From Fervidobacterium sp. (GTDB taxonomy: Bacteria > Thermotogota > Thermotogae > Thermotogales > Fervidobacteriaceae): a stretch of DNA of 64,000 nt. This document shows, one piece after another, positions 30,448 to 41,785 of this stretch; the first letter of the stretch is position 1; each line of letters opens with the position of its first letter. The notes beneath the pieces are model-generated. The model ran no database searches. It saw nothing but the letters and a program-made list of their open reading frames with translations, and was not told the origin of the DNA. The translations under genes were made by a program, and so were the position numbers. Location of the stretch: NCBI GenBank assembly GCA_049970055.1, contig JBMFNR010000002.1:404406-468405 (forward strand), written 5' to 3'.

Positions 30448-32189
30448 GAGAAATTCGTTTAGCGCTCGCGCAATTTAACGCAACTATGGGCGATATCGAA
30501 GGAAATAAAGAGAAGATCATAAAATACATAGAAATGGCAGTGGAAAAAGAGGCAGATTTGGTAGTTTTTCCAGAGCTTGCTATAACTGGTTATCCACCTG
30601 AGGATTTACTCTTTAAGCCTCATTTTGTTAAAAGAAATCTTGAAGCACTCGAAGAGATTGCAAGGCATTTACCAAAATCTCTTGTAGCTGTAGTGGGGTT
30701 CGTTGATGAGAACGGGGACATTTTTAATGCCGCAGCGGTACTGAATGATAGAAAAATTCAAGCAAAGTATTATAAAAATTACCTTCCAAATTACGGTGTT
30801 TTTGATGAAGTGAGATATTTTCAAAAGGGCTATAAAGCTCTTGTTTTCTTAATGGAAGATGTAAAAGTTGGAGTTACCATCTGTGAAGATATTTGGTATC
30901 CAGGTGGTCCAGCAAGGCTTGAATCATTGTTAGGTGATGCTGATTTGATAGTTAATATTTCTGCGTCACCGTATTATGTAGGAAAATTATCGTGGAGGGA
31001 AAGAATGTTATCGGTACGTGCAAATGACAATCTTTCCACAGTGGCGTATGTCAACTTTGTTGGCGGTCAAGATGAACTTATATTTGATGGAGCAAGTCTT
31101 GTTGTAAATGAAAAGGGCAAAATCATTGGTAGAGCAAGGCAATTTGAAGAAGATTTACTTGTTGTTGATGTTGATTTGCTAAACATAAGTAAATCAAGAG
31201 TAAAGGATCCAAGAAGAAGACAAGATAAATACAGTTCTTTGATTGAATTTGAAAAGGTGGATATAGTAAGGTTACCATTCAAAAGAAGCGTTAAGAAGTC
31301 CGTAATTATTAACAGGATAGAACCAGCCTTTGGTACAGTAGCGGAGGTTTATAACGCTCTTGTGTTGGCCACAAGAGATTATGTGAGGAAAAATGGCATG
31401 AAAAAAGTTGTCATTGGGTTAAGTGGTGGAATGGATAGTTCTCTAGTTGCATGTATTGCTGTTGATGCTCTTGGACGTGAGAATGTGATAGGTATCTCAA
31501 TGCCTGGTCCATTCTCGTCCAATCATAGTAAGGAAGATGCAAGAACCTTGGCTGAAAATCTTGGAATCGAATTTCTAACCATTCCAATTGTTGATGTTTA
31601 CAATTCATTCTTAGGATTATTTAAACCTGTCTTTGAAGATAGGCCGTTTGATATAACTGAAGAGAATTTGCAAGCAAGGATCCGCGGTGTAATTCTCATG
31701 GCGTTATCCAACAAATTTGGTTGGCTTGTTTTAACGACAGGAAACAAAAGTGAGATAAGCACTGGTTACTCAACACTCTATGGCGATACTGCCGGTGGTT
31801 TTGCTGTAATCAAAGATGTTTATAAAACGTTTGTCTACAAACTTGCCGAGTACGTAAATCAAAAGGCTGGAAAAGAAATTATTCCACGTAGGGTATTTGA
31901 AAAGGCACCGAGTGCAGAGTTAAGAGAAAATCAGACAGACCAAGACAAGCTCCCACCTTACGAAATACTTGATCGCATTCTGAAACTGTACGTTGAAGAT
32001 GATTACAGTGTCGAAGAAATCATTTCACAAGGTTTTGACGAAGAAACTGTGCGAAAAGTTGCTTTGATGGTTGATACAAATGAGTATAAAAGAAGACAGA
32101 TGCCACCAGGGCCAAAGATAACTCACAGAGCGTTTGGAAAGGACAGAAGGTTACCGATAACCAATGGTTTCAAGGAATACAAAAAGTAA
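30444..32189 (+). CDS. nadE: Glutamine-dependent NAD+ synthetase
   Basis: Nitrilase domain FPEL/K/ICEDIW; synthetase GLSGGMDS, ENLQARIRG, TGNKSE, PSAEL. Confidence 0.95.
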   Translation: MREIRLALAQFNATMGDIEGNKEKIIKYIEMAVEKEADLVVFPELAITGYPPEDLLFKPHFVKRNLEALEEIARHLPKSLVAVVGFVDENGDIFNAAAVLNDRKIQAKYYKNYLPNYGVFDEVRYFQKGYKALVFLMEDVKVGVTICEDIWYPGGPARLESLLGDADLIVNISASPYYVGKLSWRERMLSVRANDNLSTVAYVNFVGGQDELIFDGASLVVNEKGKIIGRARQFEEDLLVVDVDLLNISKSRVKDPRRRQDKYSSLIEFEKVDIVRLPFKRSVKKSVIINRIEPAFGTVAEVYNALVLATRDYVRKNGMKKVVIGLSGGMDSSLVACIAVDALGRENVIGISMPGPFSSNHSKEDARTLAENLGIEFLTIPIVDVYNSFLGLFKPVFEDRPFDITEENLQARIRGVILMALSNKFGWLVLTTGNKSEISTGYSTLYGDTAGGFAVIKDVYKTFVYKLAEYVNQKAGKEIIPRRVFEKAPSAELRENQTDQDKLPPYEILDRILKLYVEDDYSVEEIISQGFDEETVRKVALMVDTNEYKRRQMPPGPKITHRAFGKDRRLPITNGFKEYKK

Positions 32190-32205
32190 AATCTTCAAAC
32201 GAAGA

Positions 32206-32670
32206 CTAAATACCTTCGTTTTCGACATCGATGGCAACATCAAGTAGCACGTCGAGGTATTCTTGCCACAATTTTGCAACGTACATTCTTGTATAGCCCT
32301 GCGGATCGCACTTTTCATCGCTTTTTGGAATGAGCATCCTGCAACTTTCAGGGCGCTCTTTGAAAGTAAGCTCACAACCAGTTTCTGTTAAGAATGTGCA
32401 TTCGCCACTGTATCTATGATCAAAGACACTACCTTCAAAGCCTTTGACAGTAGGTCGCACAAAGTAAAGTTCATTTTCTTGACTGATCCAATCAATGGTC
32501 CATCTTGAACTTTTTAGTGCTTTGTAGAGATTTTTTCTGATCTCTTCTTTGCTTTGACCAAAATCCCTGGGTGTTGCAGGGCCTGAAAATGTTTTACAGC
32601 ACTTTCCACCGCAAGTTTTGCAAATTTGTGGTATTTCAATTTCAAACTTTTTTGTTTCTTCATTACTCAT
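32206..32670 (-). CDS. YkgJ-family CxxCxxCC cysteine-cluster protein
   Basis: CKTCGGKCC ... CTFL...GC......RPESCR. Confidence 0.8.
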   Translation of the reverse strand: MSNEETKKFEIEIPQICKTCGGKCCKTFSGPATPRDFGQSKEEIRKNLYKALKSSRWTIDWISQENELYFVRPTVKGFEGSVFDHRYSGECTFLTETGCELTFKERPESCRMLIPKSDEKCDPQGYTRMYVAKLWQEYLDVLLDVAIDVENEGI

Positions 32671-32715
32671 ACATCTACCTCCAAATTCTGTAAGTGAAAA
32701 AAGAGGTGGTAATTA

Positions 32716-33273
32716 TTGATTTTAGATAACTTTGAAAAAATATGCTATATGCCTTCTAAGAAAATATTTTTAGCACGTGCGGGTGCGCGCTATTCTGTAT
32801 CGGTCTCAGACGAAAATTTCATGCAAATTGTAAATAGAATATATCTGCTCGGACTTGAGTGCGCTAAGCCGAGGGTGTATTGGGATGTTTTTATTAGATC
32901 AAGTATACCAGATTACGCCATTCCAGGCAAGTTTTCAGAGTATGAAAAATTTGTCATTTTCGCATCAACGTTGGGTAACGAATTTGACGAGTGTCTTGAG
33001 AGAACATCGGAAAATTCAGTATTTGAAAGTATGTTGTTGGACTCCTGGGGATCCGAAGCACTCGAGGTTTTAAACGACAATTTTCAAAAGGTATTAGAGG
33101 AAAAATATTCTATTAAAACTTTATCCCGATTCTCGCCAGGTTACGAGGATTTAAATATATCAGTTAACAAAGTGTACGTTGATTTACTTAAAGCAGATGA
33201 TACAATTACCGTTTTGGAAAGCGGAATTATGATTCCTCGGAAAACAACAACATGTATAGCTCCTGTTATTTGA
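32716..33273 (+). CDS. Methionine synthase reactivation (AdoMet-binding) domain, stand-alone
   Basis: FASTLG, LDSWGSEALE, RFSPGYEDL, MIPRKTTT; near a metH that lacks this domain. Confidence 0.8.
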   Translation: MILDNFEKICYMPSKKIFLARAGARYSVSVSDENFMQIVNRIYLLGLECAKPRVYWDVFIRSSIPDYAIPGKFSEYEKFVIFASTLGNEFDECLERTSENSVFESMLLDSWGSEALEVLNDNFQKVLEEKYSIKTLSRFSPGYEDLNISVNKVYVDLLKADDTITVLESGIMIPRKTTTCIAPVI

Positions 33274-33287
33274 AATTTATAGGCTAC

Positions 33288-34271
33288 TTAAGCTTCTTTC
33301 TTTGTTATCAGTCCACACTCAGGACAACCGTTGTATTCAAACTGAATAGTTACATGATCAAACCCAAAATTCGAAAGTGTCTTTTCTATCCTTTCGTAGA
33401 TTTCCATACTCTTACTCACAGAGATATCCTCTTTTAAATTAACGTGTCCTTCAAAAAAAAGCATTTCATCATCAAGGTACCACATATGCACATGATGTAT
33501 ATCTTTAACTTCTGGGATACTCTTTAACTTATCTGCAATTTCTTTAATCTGTATATTCGAAGGAGAAGCCTGCATTAAGACACTTAGTGACTTTGCAAGA
33601 ACTTCAAGTGTTTCCTTACTAATGTAAAGCGCAATCAAGATAGTCAGTGCGGGATCTATCACGTAAACTTGAAAGTAATTAATTAAAATTGCACCCAGGA
33701 TAACTACAACTGAAGAAAGAGCATCACCAAGCATGTGTAAATAGGCCGATTTTATATTCATATCTTCCTTGGAATGATTTTTCAAAAATACCATGCTCAG
33801 CATATTTGCAAGTAATCCGATACTTCCAACAATAATTACAACCTTTGCATTCACAACCTGCGGATCAAGTAGGCGAACAATTGCCTCTTTGATGAGAAGC
33901 ACATTTATTACGATAAGTGTGACTGAGTTGATAGACGCAGAGATGACCTTTGCACGTTTGTAGCCGAAAGTGTTTCTTTCCGTTGCTCCTTTTTTAGAAA
34001 TTTTGTAAGCAAAGTAAGTAAGTACTATAGATAATGCATCACTTAGATTGTGCAAAGAATCGGAAACAAGAGCCAAACTACCTGCTACCACTCCGCCAAG
34101 GAATTCCGCAATAGTTATTCCAAAATTCAGTATAATCACGTAAAACAGCTTTACTCCACGTAAATTCTCTTGTTGTACGCGTGAATGTGAGTGATTATGC
34201 AAATGTTCACGCCCAGAAGCATTTTCATGTGATTTATGAGAGTGCTTATTCATGATAACCACTATATTCAC
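33288..34271 (-). CDS. Cation diffusion facilitator (CzcD-like Zn/Co/Cd exporter)
   Basis: His-rich N-terminus, SLALVSDSLHNLSD, TFGYKR, AYLHMLGD, DIHHVH, HVTIQFE; start uncertain (34271 or 34253). Confidence 0.92.
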   Translation of the reverse strand: MNIVVIMNKHSHKSHENASGREHLHNHSHSRVQQENLRGVKLFYVIILNFGITIAEFLGGVVAGSLALVSDSLHNLSDALSIVLTYFAYKISKKGATERNTFGYKRAKVISASINSVTLIVINVLLIKEAIVRLLDPQVVNAKVVIIVGSIGLLANMLSMVFLKNHSKEDMNIKSAYLHMLGDALSSVVVILGAILINYFQVYVIDPALTILIALYISKETLEVLAKSLSVLMQASPSNIQIKEIADKLKSIPEVKDIHHVHMWYLDDEMLFFEGHVNLKEDISVSKSMEIYERIEKTLSNFGFDHVTIQFEYNGCPECGLITKKEA

Positions 34272-34295
34272 TACCTTTCATATGTTATTCGTGAA

Positions 34296-34598
34296 CTACT
34301 TGTGTTTTAAGTGTTCTGCCGCCTGTTTGATTATGCTTTCAACATGTTCATCATCTATTGAATAAAAGACGTTCTTTCCAATTTTTCTGAACTTTACTAT
34401 CCTTCCTTGCCTTAAAATTCTTAGCTGATGAGATATGGATGACTGCGACATTTGCAAAGTATCGACTAGCTGAGAAACACTTTTTTCACTATCGATTAAT
34501 TGTAGTATGATCTTTAGTCGTGTTGGTTCGGATAGCAAGGTGAAAAATTCGGAAAGGTTCAATATGTCGTTATCGTTGTGTTGATTAGACGTGACCAT
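34296..34598 (-). CDS. ArsR/SmtB metalloregulatory repressor (alpha5 site, CzrA-like)
   Basis: LSEPTRLKI, SQSSISHQLRIL, FYSIDDEHV...EH alpha5 ligands; SD GGAGG. Confidence 0.9.
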   Translation of the reverse strand: MVTSNQHNDNDILNLSEFFTLLSEPTRLKIILQLIDSEKSVSQLVDTLQMSQSSISHQLRILRQGRIVKFRKIGKNVFYSIDDEHVESIIKQAAEHLKHK

Positions 34599-34613
34599 AA
34601 AAAATACCTCCAA

Positions 34614-34636
34614 TATATGAATGTATGTTCATAAAT
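34614..34636. promoter_or_regulatory. SmtB/CzrA-type operator
   Basis: TATGAA-TGTATG-TTCATA inverted repeat (TGAA-N6-TTCA) just upstream of the arsR SD. Confidence 0.7.
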
Positions 34637-34758
34637 CAATAACATTTTACCACGTAAATGACTATTGTCAACGAAGAAAATAGATATATAATTATCTAAA
34701 AATGAGGAATTTCAAGTAATAAATTGACGGTAAACTGAAATTTGGAGGTTGATGGAGT

Positions 34759-37098
34759 TTGACCAGAGAAGAGTTTTCAACACTAGTTTCGCAGCGTGTA
34801 CTCTTTCTTGATGGAGCTTATGGAACGGAGCTTTTTAAAAGAGGGCATGTTAAAGGTAAAGAACCTATTGAAATATTGAACTTGAAGGCACCTGAAAAGG
34901 TACTTGAACTTCAACGTGAATATGTGGAGTCAGGTGTTGATTTCTTACTGACAAATACATTTAGTGCGAATAGACATAAATTAAAGAAACTTGGTTACGA
35001 AGAGTATTTTGAAATTATAAATGTGAAGGCAGTAGAGACTGCGAAAGAAGCAACAAGGTATTCAAATAAAAAAGTTTACGTACTTGGTGATATTTCTTCT
35101 GTTGGTGAAATGGTCCAACCAATAGGTGAATTGGATTCCAGGTATGTTTACAAGATTTTCAAAGAACAAGCTAAATTACTTATTGATGCGGGTGTTGACG
35201 GAATAATAATAGAGACGATGAACGACTTAAAAGAACTGAAACTTGCTTATTTGGCTGTGAGGGATCTTTCAGATGTTGTTCCACTTTTTGTTAGTATGAC
35301 ATTCGAAGAAACTGGTGCCTCGGTAACGGGGACAAGTCTGGAAATCTACGTTTCTGTTTTCAATGATCTTGACGTAGATGCAATTGGCATTAATTGTACG
35401 CTTACTCCGGACAAGATGGTACCGTTGGTAAAGAAATTAGCTGTCTTTTCCCGAAAACCTATATTTGCAGAGCCCAATGCAGGTAAGCCTACGTTATCGG
35501 TGGATGGAAAGCTCACTTATAGGACTACTCCAGAAGAGTTCACAATCTATATCGAAGATTACGTAGAACTTGGAGCTAATGTTGTTGGAGGATGTTGTGG
35601 TACGGGACCTGAGCATATAAAGTACATGACCAAGGTGATTGGAAAAAGAAGATCAAAGGAGAGAAAAGTTGAAGAACTAAACGTTGTAAGTAATCGAACA
35701 TACATGGTAAATATTTCACCATTTCTTATTGTAGGTGAAAGGATAAACGCTTCCGCAAAAAAGAAACTGCACGAACAAATCAAAGTATTCAATTTTGAAA
35801 ACGTTTTAAAACTTGCAAAAGACCAAGAGAAAGAAGGAGCGCAGGTTCTTGATATTAATCTCGGACTTGAGAGCATGTTAAACATTGAACATTTCCGAAA
35901 GGTTGTCATAGAGCTCGATAGGATAGTGAGTCTTCCTCTTTCACTTGACATTCAATTTGATGAATTTTTAGAAGAAGCTTTATTTGAATATGTCGGAAGA
36001 CCTATTTTAAACTCTTCTAAAGCAAATTTCGAGGACTTAGATAGGAAAATACAACTTTTGAAGAAATATGGGGGTATATTAATCATTCTTGCTATGGACA
36101 AAGAAATTCCAAAAAGTGCTCAGAAAAGATATGAAATTGCTAAAATAGCAGTGGAGTACGTTGAAAAACATGGAATTAGTAGCAATCGTATATTTGTTGA
36201 TCCACTCGTTTTACCAATTGGAACCAACCAAGATTACAATGTGACACTTGAAACTATAAGATTGCTTGCAAGCGAAGGTATTCAGACAAGCATAGGGTTA
36301 TCTAATTTCAGTTTCGGTATGCCAAATAGAGAGCATCTTAACGCTTCATTTTTGGCACTTGCCATGCATTATGGATTATCTGCAGCTATAATGAACACCG
36401 CTGAATTAACGACAATGAACATACTCAGCGGAATGAAAAAGATACTAAAAAAAGAATCTACCGCGATAAATACAGAGGAAGTAGAAAATCTTTTAGTCAA
36501 GTATATTTTGACAGGTGACAGCGTAAACGCTGAAAAACAAGTGTTTTCGTATTTGGATAATATGACACCTGTCCAGATTATGCAAGATGTTCTGACGAAG
36601 GCAATGGAAGAAATTGGAAATCTGTACTCTACTAACAAGATTTTCTTACCACACTTAATATTGGCTGCTGAAACAGTAAAACCTATTTTTAATAAGCTAC
36701 TCTCGATGGTAGATGAAAAAGACTCTATAAAATTGGGTAAGGTCTTGCTCGCTACTGTGGAAGGTGACATACATGATATTGGTAAAAAAATTGTCGGGAC
36801 TTTATTGGAAAGTGCGGGTTTTGAGGTGATAGATATTGGTAAAGATGTACCGGCAAGTGTCATTGTTGATGAAGCGAAAAAGATAAACCCAGATATCATT
36901 GGACTTTCCGCTATGATGACAACAACTGTCATCCAGATTGGTGAAGTCATTAAAGCCTTGAGAAAAGCTGGGATCGATAAACCTGTAATCTCAGGTGGTG
37001 CTTCAATGAACGAAGAGCTCGCAAAACGTTTTGGAGCAATATACGCTAAGGATGCTCAGCAAGCAGTTGAGATATGTAAAAACATAACAGGAAAATAA
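34759..37098 (+). CDS. metH: Cobalamin-dependent methionine synthase (Hcy-, pterin- and B12-binding domains; no reactivation domain)
   Basis: LDGAYGTEL, GINC, GGCCGTGP, VGERIN, GDIHDIGK B12 motif, GLSAMMT. Confidence 0.93.
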   Translation: MTREEFSTLVSQRVLFLDGAYGTELFKRGHVKGKEPIEILNLKAPEKVLELQREYVESGVDFLLTNTFSANRHKLKKLGYEEYFEIINVKAVETAKEATRYSNKKVYVLGDISSVGEMVQPIGELDSRYVYKIFKEQAKLLIDAGVDGIIIETMNDLKELKLAYLAVRDLSDVVPLFVSMTFEETGASVTGTSLEIYVSVFNDLDVDAIGINCTLTPDKMVPLVKKLAVFSRKPIFAEPNAGKPTLSVDGKLTYRTTPEEFTIYIEDYVELGANVVGGCCGTGPEHIKYMTKVIGKRRSKERKVEELNVVSNRTYMVNISPFLIVGERINASAKKKLHEQIKVFNFENVLKLAKDQEKEGAQVLDINLGLESMLNIEHFRKVVIELDRIVSLPLSLDIQFDEFLEEALFEYVGRPILNSSKANFEDLDRKIQLLKKYGGILIILAMDKEIPKSAQKRYEIAKIAVEYVEKHGISSNRIFVDPLVLPIGTNQDYNVTLETIRLLASEGIQTSIGLSNFSFGMPNREHLNASFLALAMHYGLSAAIMNTAELTTMNILSGMKKILKKESTAINTEEVENLLVKYILTGDSVNAEKQVFSYLDNMTPVQIMQDVLTKAMEEIGNLYSTNKIFLPHLILAAETVKPIFNKLLSMVDEKDSIKLGKVLLATVEGDIHDIGKKIVGTLLESAGFEVIDIGKDVPASVIVDEAKKINPDIIGLSAMMTTTVIQIGEVIKALRKAGIDKPVISGGASMNEELAKRFGAIYAKDAQQAVEICKNITGK

Positions 37099-37127
37099 AA
37101 AGAGGGCATAAGCCCTCTTTTCTTTTT
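37097..37127. terminator. Bidirectional terminator
   Basis: AAAAGAGGGC-ataa-GCCCTCTTTT between convergent genes. Confidence 0.8.
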
Positions 37128-37136
37128 TATTTGTGG

Positions 37137-37511
37137 TTATTTCCGATCTGAGCGGTGAGCGTAATATTCAGTTAATAGATCGAATAATTCATCTAATTCC
37201 TTCAATCTGCCTTCTTTTAACTGCTCAGGTAATGGAGAATTTTGAACGTTTCTTCTCATTTGATAGTACCTATACGAAGCCGCTGAGTAAGAATCGTCTG
37301 GTCTAAGTCCGAATGTTCTGAAAGCTTTTTGTAGGTTTTGGTTTTCTGTTATATAATTCTTGTATTTACCTGTTGTTTTTTCAAATTGTCTTACTTTTCC
37401 AACTTCAGTTGGATTTTCTGGTGCTGTCAAAAATCTCGCTATCAATATTAATGTGTAAACTATCAGGAAAATTGCAAAAAATCTTAATGCTATAAATAGA
37501 ATAAGAATCAT
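37137..37511 (-). CDS. Membrane-anchored protein with degenerate J-like domain (paralog 2)
   Basis: N-terminal TM; QKAFRTFGLRPDDSY...RYYQM...LKELDELFDLLTEYY. Confidence 0.65.
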   Translation of the reverse strand: MILILFIALRFFAIFLIVYTLILIARFLTAPENPTEVGKVRQFEKTTGKYKNYITENQNLQKAFRTFGLRPDDSYSAASYRYYQMRRNVQNSPLPEQLKEGRLKELDELFDLLTEYYAHRSDRK

Positions 37512-37545
37512 GTTTTATCACCTCGCTCAGAGGCTCCTTGTTAAA

Positions 37546-37959
37546 TCAATAATTTTTTGAATAGTATTCAGTAAGAATTTCGTATGCTTTGTTGAGTTCC
37601 AATAGCTTTTCGTCCCTCAGCTTTTCGTCCATTTTGATTTCGTTGATTTTCTTTACCAACTCGTAGTATCTTTCACTAACCTTTGTGTAACTTGCTTTTG
37701 GTGTCAAGCCAAATAGCAGAAACGCTTTTTGAACATCAACTTGAGTTTCAGTATTTTGAACAACTGACTCATAAGGTGACGCATAAGAAGGCTGTTTTTG
37801 ACTTTTCTGTACATCTTGTCTTGTCTCTTTTTTAGTTTCTTGCGGAATTTCTTTATACCTTTTTATAGCTTTAGCGATAATATTTACGATACTGAGGAAA
37901 AAGAATAGGAAAAAAAGTAACTGAATAATTACAAATACCAGTGATACTGGCAGAATCAT
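37546..37959 (-). CDS. Membrane-anchored protein with J-like domain lacking HPD (paralog 1)
   Basis: N-terminal TM; QKAFLLFGLTPKASY...RYYELVK...LLELNKAYEILTEYY. Confidence 0.7.
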   Translation of the reverse strand: MILPVSLVFVIIQLLFFLFFFLSIVNIIAKAIKRYKEIPQETKKETRQDVQKSQKQPSYASPYESVVQNTETQVDVQKAFLLFGLTPKASYTKVSERYYELVKKINEIKMDEKLRDEKLLELNKAYEILTEYYSKNY

Positions 37960-39176
37960 TTAATCATTCCCTTTTGAATAATAGATTCACCTTCAACATA
38001 GCTTACGAACATTGCGGAAGATTTAACTTTTTTCCCAAGCATGTTATATATCAGCGGTTCTAAGTTAATGAACACACCTGCAAAGTATTTTGGATCATAG
38101 ACAGATTTGAAAAACGTCGTATCGCCTGCTTTGTATTTGCTTGGATTTACCGTATAAGTAATCATTCTGTCACTTTTGATGAGAATATAGCTTTCGAAAC
38201 CATTATCTGCAGTTATAACACCATATTTATCAGTCCCAATCGTGATATATTTTTTCACATCAGCTGGCATTTTGAATCCTGTACCAAAAACTACAGAGTA
38301 TGCTGAAACGTTAATGTTGGTGTTAGTGTTTTTATCCTGACTATTTGTGTTCATTACTTCAGAGAATACACTGCCGATATCTGCACAAGCATACATAGTC
38401 CCAGTAGTTTGGATATTTGTTAAGTTCAAAAGAGACGTTATTGCATCCAAAGTTGATTTTTTTAAGGCAGTTGGGATTTCCCTGTTCACAAACATTAAGA
38501 AATCTCCACCTATGTTTTTATCACTAAATATGTCGATAGGTTTTTTGCTTTGGAGTTCCTTTAAAGCAGATTTTGCTTCCAGCGTCATTGCGTCAATTTT
38601 TTCGTAGAATGATAAGCCATTGCCTTCTACTTTAATGTAACCATAACCTTCAAAGGATAACTTTCCATCAGTGATGTTTGTGTAAGTAACTCCAAGGTTG
38701 CCTTTTAACATGCTTTGTAAACTAGATGGGACTTTACCTCCACTTGGTTGTACATCCGAAAGTACAAAGTAATTTTCTATAAATTTGACTTTTTTCATCG
38801 TATCAGCTTCAAGGAAACTTTCGAGTATCTTTTTCATCTTTGTTGTGTTCTTAACTGGTCCAAGTACGAGTGTAACATTCCCATCTTTATTTGATGCTAA
38901 AAGCATTTCACCCATAAAGATGTCAAAATCACTCATCGTGTATTTCATCGATAGCAGTTGTTGTTCGAGGATACCTCTTACGAGTGATTCTAAGCCAACC
39001 CCTGTGTCTGACAAGAGTGTTTGACCAATTGGTGTTGCTTTAAATGCATCGTATGCCTTTGCCACATTTGGGATGTAAATGAGCATAGAATAATCTTTTG
39101 GCAGGAATTTAAGTGCATCTGCAAATGTAAATATGAACAAGAATACTAAGAGCCCTACTGTTAAAAGTTTCTTCAC
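37956..39176 (-). CDS. Secreted hypothetical protein
   Basis: Signal peptide MKKLLTVGLLVFLFIFTFA; SD GGAGGTG; 4-bp overlap with the downstream gene. Confidence 0.7.
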   Translation of the reverse strand: MKKLLTVGLLVFLFIFTFADALKFLPKDYSMLIYIPNVAKAYDAFKATPIGQTLLSDTGVGLESLVRGILEQQLLSMKYTMSDFDIFMGEMLLASNKDGNVTLVLGPVKNTTKMKKILESFLEADTMKKVKFIENYFVLSDVQPSGGKVPSSLQSMLKGNLGVTYTNITDGKLSFEGYGYIKVEGNGLSFYEKIDAMTLEAKSALKELQSKKPIDIFSDKNIGGDFLMFVNREIPTALKKSTLDAITSLLNLTNIQTTGTMYACADIGSVFSEVMNTNSQDKNTNTNINVSAYSVVFGTGFKMPADVKKYITIGTDKYGVITADNGFESYILIKSDRMITYTVNPSKYKAGDTTFFKSVYDPKYFAGVFINLEPLIYNMLGKKVKSSAMFVSYVEGESIIQKGMIK

Positions 39177-39217
39177 TTTCCTTCACCTCCAGTTTTTTTA
39201 AAAAGTTTTTAAGAAAT

Positions 39218-40342
39218 TTACATTAACTTTAGTATACTTACCACTTCTTTATTTGTGAGTTTCCTTTGATTTTGGTAATTTCCAAAATCTTCTTTCCCTC
39301 CACCTTTACCACCGTAATGTTCGACCAGCTTTTTTATGAACTCTTTAACGTTATACTTTTTCGACGCAATTGTGTACTTTGCGCCATCAAAATATACAAG
39401 TATGGAGTTTTCTAAGTTAGTATGTTTTGCAAGGTAGTTTCCTATTTCGAGATATCCCTCCAAGTATATTAGACCTTCCTTTGGTAAGTTCGTTGATAGC
39501 AGTTTTGCATATTCTTCCGAAAGTTTTGATAATGTCAAAGCTTGGTCACGTACTTGGTTAAGCAGCTTTTCTGTTCTTAAGCTTAACTCATCGATCGACG
39601 CTGTAAGCAATTTCGACAAGTTTTTCAATGTCGAATTGTATTTTTGGAAGTATTTAAGTGCACGAATACCTGAAACTGCGTATATCCTTGTGAGGTTCCC
39701 CTTAACTTTTTCCGTGTCGATGATTTTAATCATTCCGACTTCACCCGTAAGGTCGGTGTGAAATCCTCCACAAGCTGAAATATCGAAATTCCCAATTTTT
39801 ATAAGTCTCACTTCTGATTTTACTTTTTCACTAATTTTCTTTCTTAATGGATATGTGTTAGCACCTGATACGTCAGTTATAATCTCCTCGATTGTCAAAT
39901 TAGATTGTACTATCTCATTCGATGTGTACTCTGCTTCAGAAAGCACTTCTGGATCGATGTATGGCACATCTAAATCTATTGTTGAGTACTCTTCGCCCAT
40001 GTGAAAACCGACAGTTTCAATTTCTGCAATATGTACAAAAGCTGCCGATAGAATATGCTGACCTGTGTGTTGTTGAGCAATGTCTTTTCTTCTTTTAAAG
40101 TCAATTTCTACTTTGTACTCGCCCGGCTTAATTTTCCTGTCCAGTTCGTGAATAATCCAATCATCACTTTCTTTTACACTTAAAACCTTTGCACCATTTA
40201 TAAATCCTCTATCCCCAAGTTGACCACCTTTCCCATCTGGGTAAAAAGGAGTATTTTTGGCGTATGCTAAGTATTTTCCATTTTCTTCTCTAACATCTTC
40301 AATTCTTACTGTATCTTCTGTGTACAGTTTGAAAGTTTTCAA
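39218..40342 (-). CDS. AlaX-type alanyl-tRNA editing protein with C-terminal DHHA1-like region
   Basis: TPFYPDGKGGQLGD, QQHTGQH and CGGFH Zn motifs, GGKGGG. Confidence 0.85.
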   Translation of the reverse strand: MKTFKLYTEDTVRIEDVREENGKYLAYAKNTPFYPDGKGGQLGDRGFINGAKVLSVKESDDWIIHELDRKIKPGEYKVEIDFKRRKDIAQQHTGQHILSAAFVHIAEIETVGFHMGEEYSTIDLDVPYIDPEVLSEAEYTSNEIVQSNLTIEEIITDVSGANTYPLRKKISEKVKSEVRLIKIGNFDISACGGFHTDLTGEVGMIKIIDTEKVKGNLTRIYAVSGIRALKYFQKYNSTLKNLSKLLTASIDELSLRTEKLLNQVRDQALTLSKLSEEYAKLLSTNLPKEGLIYLEGYLEIGNYLAKHTNLENSILVYFDGAKYTIASKKYNVKEFIKKLVEHYGGKGGGKEDFGNYQNQRKLTNKEVVSILKLM

Positions 40343-40356
40343 ATGTCACACCTCAC

Positions 40357-41769
<1,413 letters not shown>

Positions 41770-41785
41770 TTAGCTATTTTTTAAC

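Noticed and set aside
34640..34758. SAM or cobalamin riboswitch before metH
   Set aside because: No conserved aptamer motifs; short and AT-rich
36369..36950. 193-aa minus-strand ORF
   Set aside because: Antisense shadow of metH
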